The notes beneath the pieces were generated by a model. It saw only the letters and a list, made by a program, of their open reading frames with translations. It was not told the origin of the DNA and made no database searches. From Eledone cirrhosa (taxonomy: Eukaryota), in assembly GCA_964016885.1 (NCBI GenBank), contig OZ024753.1, positions 22,444,001 through 22,508,000 on the forward strand: a stretch of DNA of 64,000 bases, written 5' to 3'. Shown here in pieces: positions 9,790-22,700 of the stretch; position 1 is the stretch's first letter, and each line of letters starts with the position of its first letter. Made by a program: the position numbers and the translations under genes.

Positions 9790-11400
9790 CCACGTATGTA
9801 CATATTGGTCCTCGAGCCGTTATTGCACAAATTGGAGGTGATGAGAGGCGTCCCACGCGAACTGGAACGTGGGAGATTCGTATCGGCTTACCCCGACAAC
9901 ATCACCGTGGTGGTGTGAAGCATGCGACATGTCCAGATGCTAGGCACAACTCTCCAAGAATACGAAGCAATGACAGAAGCAAAGTTAAAACAGGGAAAGT
10001 CGGTGGGTTTGCAGCTAGGCACCTGGAGAAGCAAGTCTATGCCGCCTGACAGCGTCGTGGGGCGCTGGACAGAAGGAGCGGTTAAATTGCTCGGAGTCTG
10101 GTTCGGTCCGGACCTCCAGATGGAGAAAAACTGGAGCGAGGTAACGAGCAGGGTGGCCTCTCTCACTCATAATTGGGCCGAGAGGAAGCTGTCCCTGAAA
10201 GGTCGGGCGGAGGTGACTTTTATGGAGGGGACGTGCTCTCATGGTCAGAAGATCCATCTACTGTCAGCACTTTTTGCGTGGAGGACTGGGTATGCCATGG
10301 CTAATGATGTGCAAACACGCGCTGAGGCTGCGACATCTCTGGTGCTTCCTTGACGGTGAACAGGTGTCGTCGCCGTTTGCTAGAGGTGGTTTTCCCAGCT
10401 CGTCTTATTAACAGCGCTGCAGTCCTGGATCAGGAAAAGACCGAGGGATAGCGCTTGGAAGCTGGAATGTTTCCAAGCGCTAACAGCCTTCTACCAGCTG
10501 GGCACTAGTATCGGTGGAATATCCACCTCGGCGTTCTATAGAGGAATAGTAGAGGGGAAGAGCGTCGCCGTTCTAGGGGAGACCCTGGGCGTCGAAGATG
10601 ATCAGCTGTTCCCTCTCTTCGAGGGAACTTTTAGCCCGGGGCCTATGGACAACTTCCAGAAATCCCTGGGTTGGCAGTGCTACCGGGGAGCGTTGCCGGT
10701 TCGAGATAAGCTCTACAGACACGGAAGTGCTTTCTGACGACCTTCCCGAGATTCGCGCAGAACGACGAAACAATTCTGTACGCACTCGTCCAGTGTCCGT
10801 GCATTACTGACTTGTGGAGTTATGTCGAACACCTGTTGTCGCGTGTCGAACGGTTCCGGCTAACAGCCGAGTCTATAGTGAAGATCGACCCGCCGCCTTC
10901 TTTTGGCCAGGAAAGGCAGGCAATTTTCCTCTGTCTTGTGCCAGTAGTGAAAGAGGTTGTATGGTGGACCAGGTCGAATGGACTGAAGACAGACACTTTT
11001 CTCTTCGGCCAATCCCTCATCAACTTCTTCAAGTTTCACCTGGAAAGGAAGGTGAGGGTGGAGAGGGATGTGCTGCCCCCCAGTACATTTGCTGAAAGGA
11101 GAGTGAATGTGGCGAGAATGGCCCGTATGAGTGGGCCTACTCTGACCATGTGCTTGTAGGCTGGTGAATTTGAGGAGGAGAGGGGTGCCCTAGAAGCGTC
11201 GGGTGGTTCAGGATTGGTGGGTTACCTGAATCAACCCTGGGTGGTTATCCCCCCTATTGGGGAATTTTCATTGTCGTATTATTCTTGTTTATTGTTATTG
11301 GTTTCCTCTTTTTTACTCGATTTTTATGTAAAACCCCTCACTGTCGCCGTCTATTGTCTTGTCCCCTATATATCGGCCCTTGTGGCCAGTAAATAAAACC
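9790..11400 (+). pseudogene. 5'-truncated, inactivated Tx1-like LINE (second subfamily)
   Basis: Colinear with ORF2 from ~3350 onward (KSVGLQLGTWR, VKLLGVWFGPDLQ, WAERKLSLKGRAEV). YADD reads YPDN, ~100-bp deletion near 10217, frameshifts; 3' UTR and AATAAA retained. Confidence 0.93.
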
Positions 11401-11595
11401 ATGGTCAATTGGCAGTATCAGTAGAGAGTCGGACGCCATGCTTTCCAGCATAGTTACGTTCCTTTACGGTCTGAGTTCAAATACCGCCGAGGTTAACGTT
11501 TCCTTTCATCCTTACGGGGTCGATAAAATAAAGTACCAGTAATGCACTGGGAATTGCTGGCCTTGTACCAAAAGTAGAAACCATTATTATTATTA
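11401..11595 (+). mobile_element. tRNA-derived SINE
   Basis: A-box-like tggcagtatcagtag, B-box-like gagttcaaatacc, central cctttcatccttacggggtcgataaaataaagtaccag (resembles the Meta-SINE domain, from memory), (ATT)n tail. Confidence 0.85.
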
Positions 11596-11596
11596 C

Positions 11597-11817
11597 TTGT
11601 GGATTGGCAGTATCGGCAGAGAGCTGCACGCCATGCTTTGCAGCATAGAGTTACGGCCGTTTAAGTTCTGATTTCAAATCCAACCTAGGTTAGTTTTGGC
11701 TTTCATCCTTACGAAGTCAATAAAATAAAGTAGCAGAAACAGACTGGGGTCGATTTAATCTACTTTCTCTTCCCCCAAATGGTTGGCCTTGTGCCTATAT
11801 AAGAAACCCTTATTATT
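11597..11817 (+). mobile_element. tRNA-derived SINE, second tandem and more diverged copy
   Basis: Same head (attggcagtatcggcagagag), central domain (ctttcatccttacgaagtcaataaaataaagtag) and 3' end (ggccttgtgcctatataagaaacc + ttattatt). Confidence 0.82.
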
Positions 11818-11851
11818 CTTGTTTTTGTTTCCAATATTAAACATGTGATAT

Positions 11852-14485
11852 CGATATATTTCTATGGTGAGATATTTCTATAGTGAGATATTTCTATGGT
11901 AAGATATTTTTATAGTCAGATATTTCTATGGTGAGATATTTCTATCGTGAGATATTTCTATGGTAAGATATTTCTATGGTGAGATATTTCTATGGTGAGA
12001 TATTTCTATAGTGAGATATTTCTATGGTGAGATATTTCTATGGTGAGATATTTCTATGGTGAGATATTTCTATGGTGAGATATTTCTATGGTGAGATATT
12101 TCTATGGTGAGATATTTCTATGGTGAGATATTTCTATAGTGAGATATTTCTATGGTGAGATATTTCTATGGTGAGATATTTCTATGGTGAGATATTTCTA
12201 TGGTGAGATTTTTCTATGGTGAGATATTTCTATGGTGAGATATTTCTATAGTGAGATATTTCTATAGTGAGATATTTCTATGGTAAGATATTTCTATGGT
12301 GAGATATTTCTATGGTGAGATATTTCTATAGTGAGATATTTCTATGGTGAGATATTTCTATGGTGATATATTTCTATGGTGAGATATTTCTATAGTGAGA
12401 TATTTCTATGGTGAGATATTTCTATGGTGAGATATTTCTATAGTGAGATATTTCTATGGTGAGATATTTCTATAGTAAAATATTTCTATAGTGAGATATT
12501 TTTATAGTAAGATATTTCTCTAGTGAGATATTTCTATAGTAAGATAGTTCTAGAGTGAGATATTTCTATGGTGAGATATTTCTATAATAAGATATTTCTA
12601 TAATAAGATATTTCTATGGTGAGATATTTCTATAATAAGATATTTCTATTGTAAGATATTTCTATAGTGAGATATTTCTATGGTAACATTTCTATGGTGA
12701 GATATTTCTCTGGTGAGATATTTCTATAGTGAGTTATTTATATAGTGAGATATTTCTATAGTGAGATACTTTTCTTGTAAGATATTTCTATAGTGAGATA
12801 TTTCTATGGTGAGATATTTCTATAGCGAGATATTTCTATAGTGAGATATTTCTATGGTGTGATATTTCTATGGTAAGATATTTCTATAGTGAGATATTTC
12901 TATGGTGAGATATTTCTATAGTGAGATATATCTATAGTAAGATATTTCTATAGTAAGATATTTCTATAGTGATATATTTCTATAGTGAGATATTTCTCAA
13001 GTGAGATATTTCTATGGTGTGATATTTCTACAATAAGATATTTCTATAGTAAGATATTTCTATAGTAAGATATTTCTATAGTAAGATATTTCTATAGTGA
13101 GATATTTCTATAGTGAGATATTTCTCTAGTGAGATATTTCTATAGTGAGATATTTCTATAGTAAGATATTTCTATAGTGAGATATTTCTATAGTGAGATA
13201 TTTCTCTAGTGAGATATTTCTATAGTGAGATATATCTATAGTAAGATATTTCTATAGTAAGATATTTCTATAGTGATATATTTCTATAGTGAGATATTTC
13301 TCAAGTGAGATATTTCTATAGTGAGATATTTCTATGGTGAGATATTTCTATAGTAAAATATTTCCATAGTGAGATATTTTTATAGTAAGATATTTCTCTA
13401 GTGAGATATTTCTATAGTAAGATAGTTCTAGAGTGAGATATTTCTATGGTGAGATATTTCTATAATAAGATATTTCTATAATAAGATATTTCTATGGTGA
13501 GATATTTGTATAATAAGATATTTCTATTGTAAGATATTTCTATAGTGAGATATTTCTATGGTAACATTTCTATGGTGAGATATTTCTCTGGTGAGATATT
13601 TCTATAGTGAATTATTTATATAGTGAGATATTTCTATAGTGAGATACTTTTCTTGTAAGATATTTCTATAGTGAGATATTTCTATGGTGAGATATTTCTA
13701 TAGCGAGATATTTCTATAGTGAGATATTTCTATGGTGTGATATTTCTATGGTAAGATATTTCTATAGTGAGATATTTCTATGGTGAGATATTTCTATAGT
13801 GAGATATATCTATAGTAAGATATTTCTATAGTAAGATATTTCTATAGTGATATATTTCTATAGTGAGATATTTCTCAAGTGAGATATTTCTATGGTGTGA
13901 TATTTCTACAATAAGATATTTCTATAGTAAGATATTTCTATAGTAAGATATTTCTATAGTAAGATATTTCTATAGTGAGATATTTCTATAGTGAGATATT
14001 TCTCTAGTGAGATATTTCTATAGTGAGATATTTCTATAGTAAGATATTTCTATAGTGAGATATTTCTATAGTGAGATATTTCTATAGTAAGATATTTCTA
14101 TAGTGAGATATTTCTATAGTGAGATATTTCTCTAGTGAGATATTTCTATAGTGAGATATTTCTATAGTGAGATATTTCTATAGTGAGATATTTCTATAGT
14201 GAGATATTTCTATAGTGAGATATTTCTATAGTGAGATATTTCTATAGTGAGATATTTCTATAGTGAGATATTTCTCTAGTGAGATATTTCTATAGTGAGA
14301 TATTTCTATGGTAAGATATTTCTATAGTGAGATATTTCTATGGTGAGATATTTCTATAATAAGATATTTCTATAGTAATATATTTCTATAGTAAGATATT
14401 TCTATAGTGAGATATTTCTATAGTGAGATATTTCTCTAGTGAGATATTTCTATAGTGAGATATTTCTATGGTAAGATATTTCTCT
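11852..14485. repeat. 16-bp minisatellite, consensus GAGATATTTCTAT(A/G)GT, roughly 165 units
   Basis: Period 16 read directly (gaga at 12061 and 12077). Confidence 0.97.
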
Positions 14486-15476
14486 AACTTGAATTTGACT
14501 TCCAATGAAAATTGTTTTAGAAAGAGAGAAATGTATGAAATACGGAATAGTAATTGCAATGTTTGTCGCTAGATGTCACTGTTATGATCGTGAGTTTCTT
14601 AGTCATCGCAACTTTCGGGCGCCAACAAAAACTTGATACACAGCAACTGTATTATATCCATTATGTTTGACAATCTATAATAAAGTAAGGAGTGCGGGAC
14701 TGCGTCCACAATATATTTTTTTATCCCGTTTGTAAAATAAGTTGGATTACTTTGAATAAATAATGAATGAATATTACGTAATTTATCTACTAAATTTCGT
14801 GGCTGCTCATTAAATGTATTTTATTACTTATTTAAAATTTTCCATTGTCAACATTTCCGGATAGCGATCGCTTAAATAAATATTCATATATTTCCGTCAC
14901 TAATTTTCTCCTAATGCAGTTTATATATAATATCGCCTTTCTTAATATATCATGGATTACTTTACTGATTACATAAGGCCGTGTAACACAGTCTCCGTTC
15001 AATTTCTGTGTATATTGTCAATTACGATTTTATTTGATGTATCATATCTACATGTATAAGTACTTACGTATAATATCAATATACACACTACACATGCTAT
15101 CAGAAAACTACCCGAAATGTGGTTTTCTGCTAGTTCACTTAATACTGCTAGACAACCAAAGATGTCTTACAGAAGCAGTGATGTCATTATATACACCAAT
15201 GAATTCTATCATAAAATGACCAAGGTTTGAACAGAAGTAAAATGTTAAGTATGGGAAACATGATTAATTATGAAACTGATGAACTATTTGGCAACATACA
15301 GGGGCGTAGTGATAGGAAATATATTTTTATATGATGTGCATATAAATATTTTCTTGACTTTCATAGGTCCACAAGTAAAAAGAAAGGCATAGAAAGTATA
15401 ATTATTATTGTTAGTAATGAATTTCAAAACTCGTAAACGAGTTGGCAGCCACCATGTATGTATGTATGTATGTATG

Positions 15477-16582
15477 TTCTTCTGGTTTTATAATTTCACA
15501 AATTTTTTCCCAATAGAGAGAGAGTCGGTTTCTAACATAGACACAAGACTCTCTCATTGGAATTTACACAACATCAACTAGGTAGATTATGTATGCATGC
15601 ATGTGTAGATATGGATGTTATTGTATGTGTGGATATGTATGTTTTGAGTTGTATGTGTGCATGTGTATATGCTTTGTATCTGTAATGTGTATATGCAGTT
15701 ATTAGATGCAAACTTTTTGGAATGTTTTACGTATTTTTACTGTTCCATTAATAGATTGTACTTGTAATTTCCTAACTAGTTGTGTTCTTTCTGTTCCTGT
15801 GAAGCCTAGCTTCTCAAGATTTGTATTGAGGCAGTTACTAACATACCCCAGTGCCCCAATAATCACAGGCATAAATCTGAAGGTATAATCAGGGTGGAGT
15901 ATCTGCAGATTTCTCATCAGTTCTGCATAAATATTCTTCTTTTCGCTAATCTTTGATATTATATTGACATCTGCTGGGCAGCTAATTTCCACTACTGTGC
16001 ATGCTTTCTTCTCCCTGTCCCATATCATAATATATCGTCTGTTATGCCTGCATTTTATTGGGGTTTTTACTGGAACCTACCACCAGTACTCTTTCATATT
16101 ATGTACATGGATGTCTTCCACATAGCTGTAGCTTTTAATGTGTTTATTATCGGGGCTATCTTTTTTACGAACTGCATTGTACAGTGTTTTGGCTACTACA
16201 TCATGCCACATAGGTAGATAGTACCGCGATGACAGCTTTGGGCAGCTGCTGATGACATGGGTGATATCCTCGATGTTAGTTCTACAGAGTCTGCACTTGT
16301 TATCACATCTAGGTGTTTTGCCTGCATCCCTATCTCTTTTGTGAATCAGGTATTTCGTGCTAATCTCCTGTTCCTGGATTGCAAAAGCGTCTCCTTCAAA
16401 GTGGGAGCCAATATAGCGGTTGTTGGTCCAAGATAGACTACTTTCCTTATCTATATTACTCTCACTCTGGAGCTTCCTGGCAACATATCCATGCATGATT
16501 TTTTGCTGATAAGCATGCAGTTTTTCATCCATGGATTCACTGCGATACTTCTGAGCGACTTCCCTGGGTGTGACTTTTTGAT
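15477..16582 (-). pseudogene. 3' fragment of a second R4-like LINE family (CCHC finger + restriction-like endonuclease + 3' UTR)
   Basis: CRLC-x8-H-x4-C, WHD, VVEISCP, PVIIGALG; premature stop at 16077; flanked by (TATG)n at 15454-15476 and 16583-16650. Confidence 0.88.
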
Positions 16583-16650
16583 TATGTATGTATGTATGTA
16601 TGTATGTATGTATGTATGTATGTATGTATGTATGTATGTATGTATGTATG

Positions 16651-17284
16651 TTCTTCTGGTTTTATAATTTCACAAAGTTTTACCAATAGAGAGAGAGTCG
16701 GTTTATAACATAGACACAAGACTCTCTCATTGGAATTTACACAACATCAACTAGGTAGATATGTATGTATGTCTGCATGCATGCATGTGTAGATATGGAT
16801 GTTATTGTATGTGTGGATGTGTATTTTTTTAGTTGTATGTGTGCATGTGTATATGCTTTGTATCTGTACATGTGTATATGCAGTTATTAGATGCAAAATT
16901 TTTGGAATGTTTTACATAGTTTTACTGTTCCATTAATGGATTGTACTTGTAATTTCCTAACTAGTTGTGTTCTTTCTGTTCCTGTGAAGCCTAGCTTCTC
17001 AAGATTTGTATTGAAGCAGTTACTAACATACCCCAGTGCCCCAATAATCACAGGCATAAATCTGAAGGTGTAATCAGGGTGGAGTATCTGCAGATTTCTC
17101 ATCAGTTCTGCATAAATATTCTCCTTTTCACTAATCTTTGATATTATATTGGCATCTGCTGGGCAGCTAATTTCCACTACTGTGCATGTTTTCTTCTCCC
17201 TGTCCCATATCATAATATCTGGTCTGTTATGCCTGCATTTTATTGGGGTTTTTACTAGAACATTCCACCAGTACTCTTTCATAT
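16651..17284 (-). pseudogene. Shorter tandem copy of the same R4-like 3' end
   Basis: RHNRPDIMIWD...VVEISCP...KENIY.EL; near-identical to 15477-16100; (TATG)n on both sides. Confidence 0.88.
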
Positions 17285-17529
17285 TATGTATGTATGCATG
17301 CATGTATGTATGTATGTATGTATGTATGTATGTATGTATGTATGTATGTATGTATGTATGTATGTATGTATGTATGTATGTGTGTGTGTATGTATGTGTG
17401 CGCGTTTGGATGTGTGTATTCATGTATGTATGTATTATATATGTATGTATGTATTTATGTATGTATGTATTTATGTATTTATGTATGTATGATGTGTTTA
17501 TATATATGTGTGTGTATGTATGATATGTG

Positions 17530-17588
<59 letters not shown>

Positions 17589-17781
17589 GGTGTGTGAGTT
17601 GTATATGAGTTTATATGTATTTAAATATGGAGAACATTAATTAGAATATATGTTTTTAAAGAATATATTTGCATCTTTTAAATTGTATAAGTTTATGACG
17701 AATTGTAAACGTCATTGAGTGAAATAGAAAATGTATGGAAGCAGTCATTCCTTTATTACCTTCATTTTCCTATCACTATAC

Positions 17782-17836
<55 letters not shown>

Positions 17837-17880
17837 TGTGTGTGTCTGTGTGTGTGTAAATGTATATATATGTGTAGATA

Positions 17881-17932
<52 letters not shown>
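17285..17932. repeat. Compound (TATG)n/(TG)n/(TA)n microsatellites
   Basis: Direct reading; source of the YIYI/CMYV pseudo-ORFs. Confidence 0.9.
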
Positions 17933-17935
<3 letters not shown>

Positions 17936-18253
17936 CTAAGGCGGGTAAAATTCCCGAGTTCTTTTGTCACACATCTGTGACATCATCAGTGATATCATTC
18001 TGTTTCCTCCTATTGTATTACAACGAAAGAACTCAGAGAGACTACATTTATATCTATATTTTAACTGTTGGTCAATCAATGATAAACATTGATTGCCAGC
18101 TGAATTAATTATAGAAATATAAAATATAATGGAGCAAATACCAAACCAAACCAAACAGTGAGTGTGTTTTACTATCTATTTCTGGCAATATTATAACATG
18201 ACCATCCCCAAATATAACAATATACACACACATATACACATATATATATATAT

Positions 18254-18303
<50 letters not shown>

Positions 18304-18340
18304 TATATATATACAGTATATGTATATATATATATATACA

Positions 18341-18375
<35 letters not shown>

Positions 18376-18378
<3 letters not shown>

Positions 18379-18810
18379 TAAGGCGGGTAAAATTCCCGAG
18401 ATCCATGGACGAGTTCTCTCCAGCGGTCTCTGTCCCTCATTATCGCTGCCATGTCCTGCGTCTCCAACAGACCAGTGTCTGTCCTTAGGGCATCAACATA
18501 CGTTAGCCTTGGTCTTCCTCTTCTAGTGTGTCCATGTAGGTGCTCCCAAAGGAGCACTCAGTGCAATGTCAACTCTGGATGTCGGTGAGCATGTCCAGCT
18601 AACCTCAGTCTCCTCTGTGTCACTTTTGAGCTGACTTTTGGGAGGCTCCCATACAGCTCTGAGTTTTTCAACCTCAGTGTATACTGATTCATGTTCAGAG
18701 CCATCCTCAGCATTCTCGTGTAGCACCCATCCACCATCTGAGTGAGTTTCTTGGTCAGTGTCTAAGTCTCAGACCCATACAGCAGCACAGACTCCACTAC
18801 AGCAATGAAT
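18376..18810 (-). pseudogene. 3' fragment of an RTE-like LINE ORF embedded in (TA)n
   Basis: Manual minus-strand translation: [78 protein letters not shown]. Confidence 0.75.
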
Positions 18811-18863
18811 ATATATATATCAGTGTGTGTGTGTGTGTCTGTGTGTGAGTGTTTGTGAGTTTT

Positions 18864-18894
<31 letters not shown>

Positions 18895-19511
18895 ATATAT
18901 TATCTGACATATTGAAAGTTTAGAGTTGGCATTGTTATAAGATGTTGGTTTATCTGGTTATAGAAAGTAGTTCAAATTGACCCTGTTTCAAATGTTTCGC
19001 CATTTAAAGAGATATGAAAACTAGAAAAACCGATTAATCGAATGTCTTTTGTCAAATAGGAGAGATACCATTATACCTTAGATTATTAGTTATTTGTTTG
19101 GTACTATTGGACTGGTGCCGTCACTAATGACGTCAATAGCGTTGAACCTATTTAATCGTTGGTGTTTTGTATTGATGTGTTATATACACAAGGATTAACG
19201 CATATTTGAACGATCATACATACTGGGAAATTGTGGCTTCAGAAATCGATAGTTCGTATCAGAAAATCCCTCTTGTTTGTGTTTATTATTGATATTTGGA
19301 AGTGATTAATGATAATAATTATAGTTTAATAATTTATTTCTATGATAGAATTACATAAATCTTCGGCTTATATGTACAAGTAACATATGTGTAATTCCTG
19401 AGAATTTAGGACATAAGACACACACATTCACACACACGTTACACACATGACACACACATTACACACACATTACACACCCACAGCAACACAGACACACACA
19501 CATTCACACAC

Positions 19512-19692
19512 ACAAGGCTCGACTAAACGTTTAATAGGCTGACCAAGATACTCTCATGGAATGACCAACATAGACCCCGGAAAGAAACAATGCAGTTATT
19601 AATAAGAAGAGTTGAAAGTAATGCATGCAAGATGCCACAGCCCTAGAATCAATACTTTATAGCCAGCCTATGGACTTTTCAGTTAACCTCGT
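19512..19692 (-). mobile_element. MITE with mariner-like terminal inverted repeats
   Basis: Left acaaggctcgactaaacgtttaataggctgac and right gccagcctatggacttttcagttaacctcgt are imperfect inverted repeats; a homologous copy lies at 62284-62443 in the opposite orientation. Confidence 0.7.
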
Positions 19693-19796
19693 GTGTGTGT
19701 GTATATATATATGACAGAGAGAGGGATAGATATTCATACGCTCTTGGCTTATCATATTCTTTTTCTGGTCATCGCATTCATAATCGTATAATGTTG

Positions 19797-22700
19797 GAGT
19801 ACCTCCCATTTCTAGTACAGTAATGATATATCTCCTATTTCTAGTACAGTATGGTATATCTCCCATTTCTAGTACAGTATGATATACCTGCCATTTCTAG
19901 TACAGTATGGTAAACCTCCCATTTTTAGTAGAGTATGGTATATCTCCCATTTCTAGTACAGTAATGGTATATCTCCCATTTTTATTACAGTATGGTATAC
20001 CTCCCATTTCTAGTACAGTAATGGTATTTCTCCAATTTCTAGTACAGTATGATATATCTCCCATTTCTAGTACAGTGATGATATTTCTCCAATTTCTAGT
20101 AGAGTAACGGTATATCTCCCATTTCTAGTACAGTATGGTATATCTCCCATTTCTAGTACAGTATGGTATACCTGCCATTTCTAGTACAGTATGGTAAACC
20201 TCCCATTTCTAGTACAGTAATGGTATATCTCCCATTTCTCGTACAGTATGGTATATCTCCCATTTCTAGTAGAGTAATGGCATATCTCCCATTTCTAGTA
20301 CAGTATGGTATATGTCCCATTTCTAGTACAGTAATGGTATTTCTCCCATTTATAGTACAGTATGGTATATCTCGCGTTTCTAGTACAGTATGGTATACCT
20401 GCCATTTCTAGTACAGTATAGTATATCTCCCATATCTAGTAAAGTAATAGTATATCTCCCATTTTTCTTACAGTATGGTATATCTCCCATTTCAAGAACA
20501 GTATGGAATATCTCCCATTTCTAGTACAGTAATGGTATTTCTCCAATTTCTAGTACCGTAATGGTATATCTCATATTTCTAGTACAGTAATTGTATACCT
20601 CCCATTTCTAGTACAGCAATGGTATATCTCCCATTTCTCGTAGAGTATGGTATATCTCCCATTTCTAGTAGAGTAATGGCATATCTCCCGTTTCTAGTAC
20701 AGTATGGTATACCTCCCATTTCTAGTACAGTATGGTAAACCTCCCATTTCTAGTAGAGTATGGTATATCTCCCATTTCTAGTACAGTAATGGTATATCTC
20801 CCATTTCTAGTATAGTAATCATATATCTCCCATTTCTAGTACAGTATGGTATATCTCCCATTTCTAATACAGTAATGGTATTTCTCCAATTTCTAGTACA
20901 GTATGATATATGTCCCGTTTCTAGTACAGTATGGTATATCTCTCATTTATAGTACAGTAATGGTATATCTCCCATTTCTAGTAGAGTAATTGTATACCTC
21001 CCATTTCTAGTACAGTATTGTATATCTCCCATTTCTAGTACAGTATGGTATATCTCCCATTTTTAGAACAGTATGGTATATATCCCATTTCTAGTACAGT
21101 AAGGTATATCTCCCATTTCTAGTATAGTAATGGCATATCTGCCATTTCTGGTACAGTATGGTATATCTTCCATTTCTAGTACAGTATGGTATATCTCCCA
21201 TTTCTATACAGTATTTTATATCTCCTATTTCTAGTACAGTATGGTATATCTCCCATTTCTAGTACAGTAATGTTATATCTCCCATTTCTAGTACAGTATG
21301 GTATATCTCCCATTTCTAGTAGAGTAATTGTATACCTCCCATTTCTAGTACAGCATGGTATACCTTCCATTTCTAGTAAAGTATTATATATCTTCCATTT
21401 CTATTACAGTACGGTATACCTCCCATTTCTAGTACAGTAATAGTATACCTCCCATTTCTAGTACAGTAATGGTATATCTCCCATTTCTAGTACAGTATGG
21501 TATACCTTCCATTTCTAGTACAGTATGGTATATCTCCCATTTCTAGTACAGCAATGGTATATCACCCATTTCTCGTACGGTATGGTATATCTCCCATTTC
21601 AAGTAGAGTAATGGCATATCTCCCATTTCTAGTACAGTATGGTATATCTACCGTTTCTAGTACAGTATGGTATATCTCCCATTTCTAGTACAGTATGGTA
21701 TATCTCCCGTTTCTAGTACAGTATGGTATACCTGCCATATCTAGTACAGTATGGTAAACCTGCCATTTCTAGTAGAGTATGGTATATCTCCCATTTCTAG
21801 TACAATATGGTATATCTCCCATTTCAAGTACAGTATGGAATATCTCCCATTTCTAGTACAGTAATGGTATTTCTCCAATTTCTAGTACGGTATTGGTATA
21901 TGTTCCATTTCTAGAACAGTATGGTATATGTCCCGTTTCTGTATGGTATATCTCTCATTTATAGTACAGTAATGGTAAATCTAACATTTCTAGTAGAGTA
22001 ATTGTATACCTCCCATTTCTAGTACAGTATGGTATATCTCCCATTTCTAGTACAGTATGGTATATCTCCCCTTTCGAGAACAGTATGGTATATGTCCCAT
22101 TTCTAGTACAGTAAGGTATATCTCCCATTTCTAGTATAGTAATGGCATATCTCCCATTTCTAGTACAGTATGGTATATCTTCCATTTCTAGTACAGTATG
22201 GTATACCTCCCATATCTCGTACAGTAATGGTATTTCTCCAATTTCTATTACAGTAATGGTATAACTCCCATTTCTAGTACAGTATGGTATATCTCCCATT
22301 TCTAGTAGATTAATGGCATATCTCCCTTTTCTAGTACAGTATAGAATACCTTCCATTTCAATTACAGTAATAGTATACCTCACATTCCCAGTACAGTATG
22401 GTATATCTCCCATTACTAGTAGAGTATGGCACACCTCCCATTTCTAGTACAGTAATGGTATATCTCCCATTTCTATTACAGTGTGGTATACCTCCCATTT
22501 GTTGTACAGTGTGATATATCTCCCATTTCTAGTACACTGTATTATATCACCCATTTCTAGTTCATTATGTTATATCTCCCATTTCTAGTACCGTATGGTA
22601 TATCTCCCATTTCTAGTACAGTAATGCTATATCTCCCATTTCTAGTACAGTAATGGTATATCTCCCATTTCTAGTACAGTATGGTATATCTCCCATCTCC

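Noticed and set aside
11401-11500. tRNA gene
   Set aside because: Only A/B-box-like remnants, no cloverleaf; it is the SINE head.
14565-14583. CTCF-like site (cgctagatgtcact) at the minisatellite edge
   Set aside because: A single imperfect short motif that cannot be supported from sequence alone.
17149-18526. YIYI/CMYV/LLLL ORFs here and at 9482-9830, 51.8-52.8 kb and 59.4-60.0 kb
   Set aside because: Translations of microsatellites.
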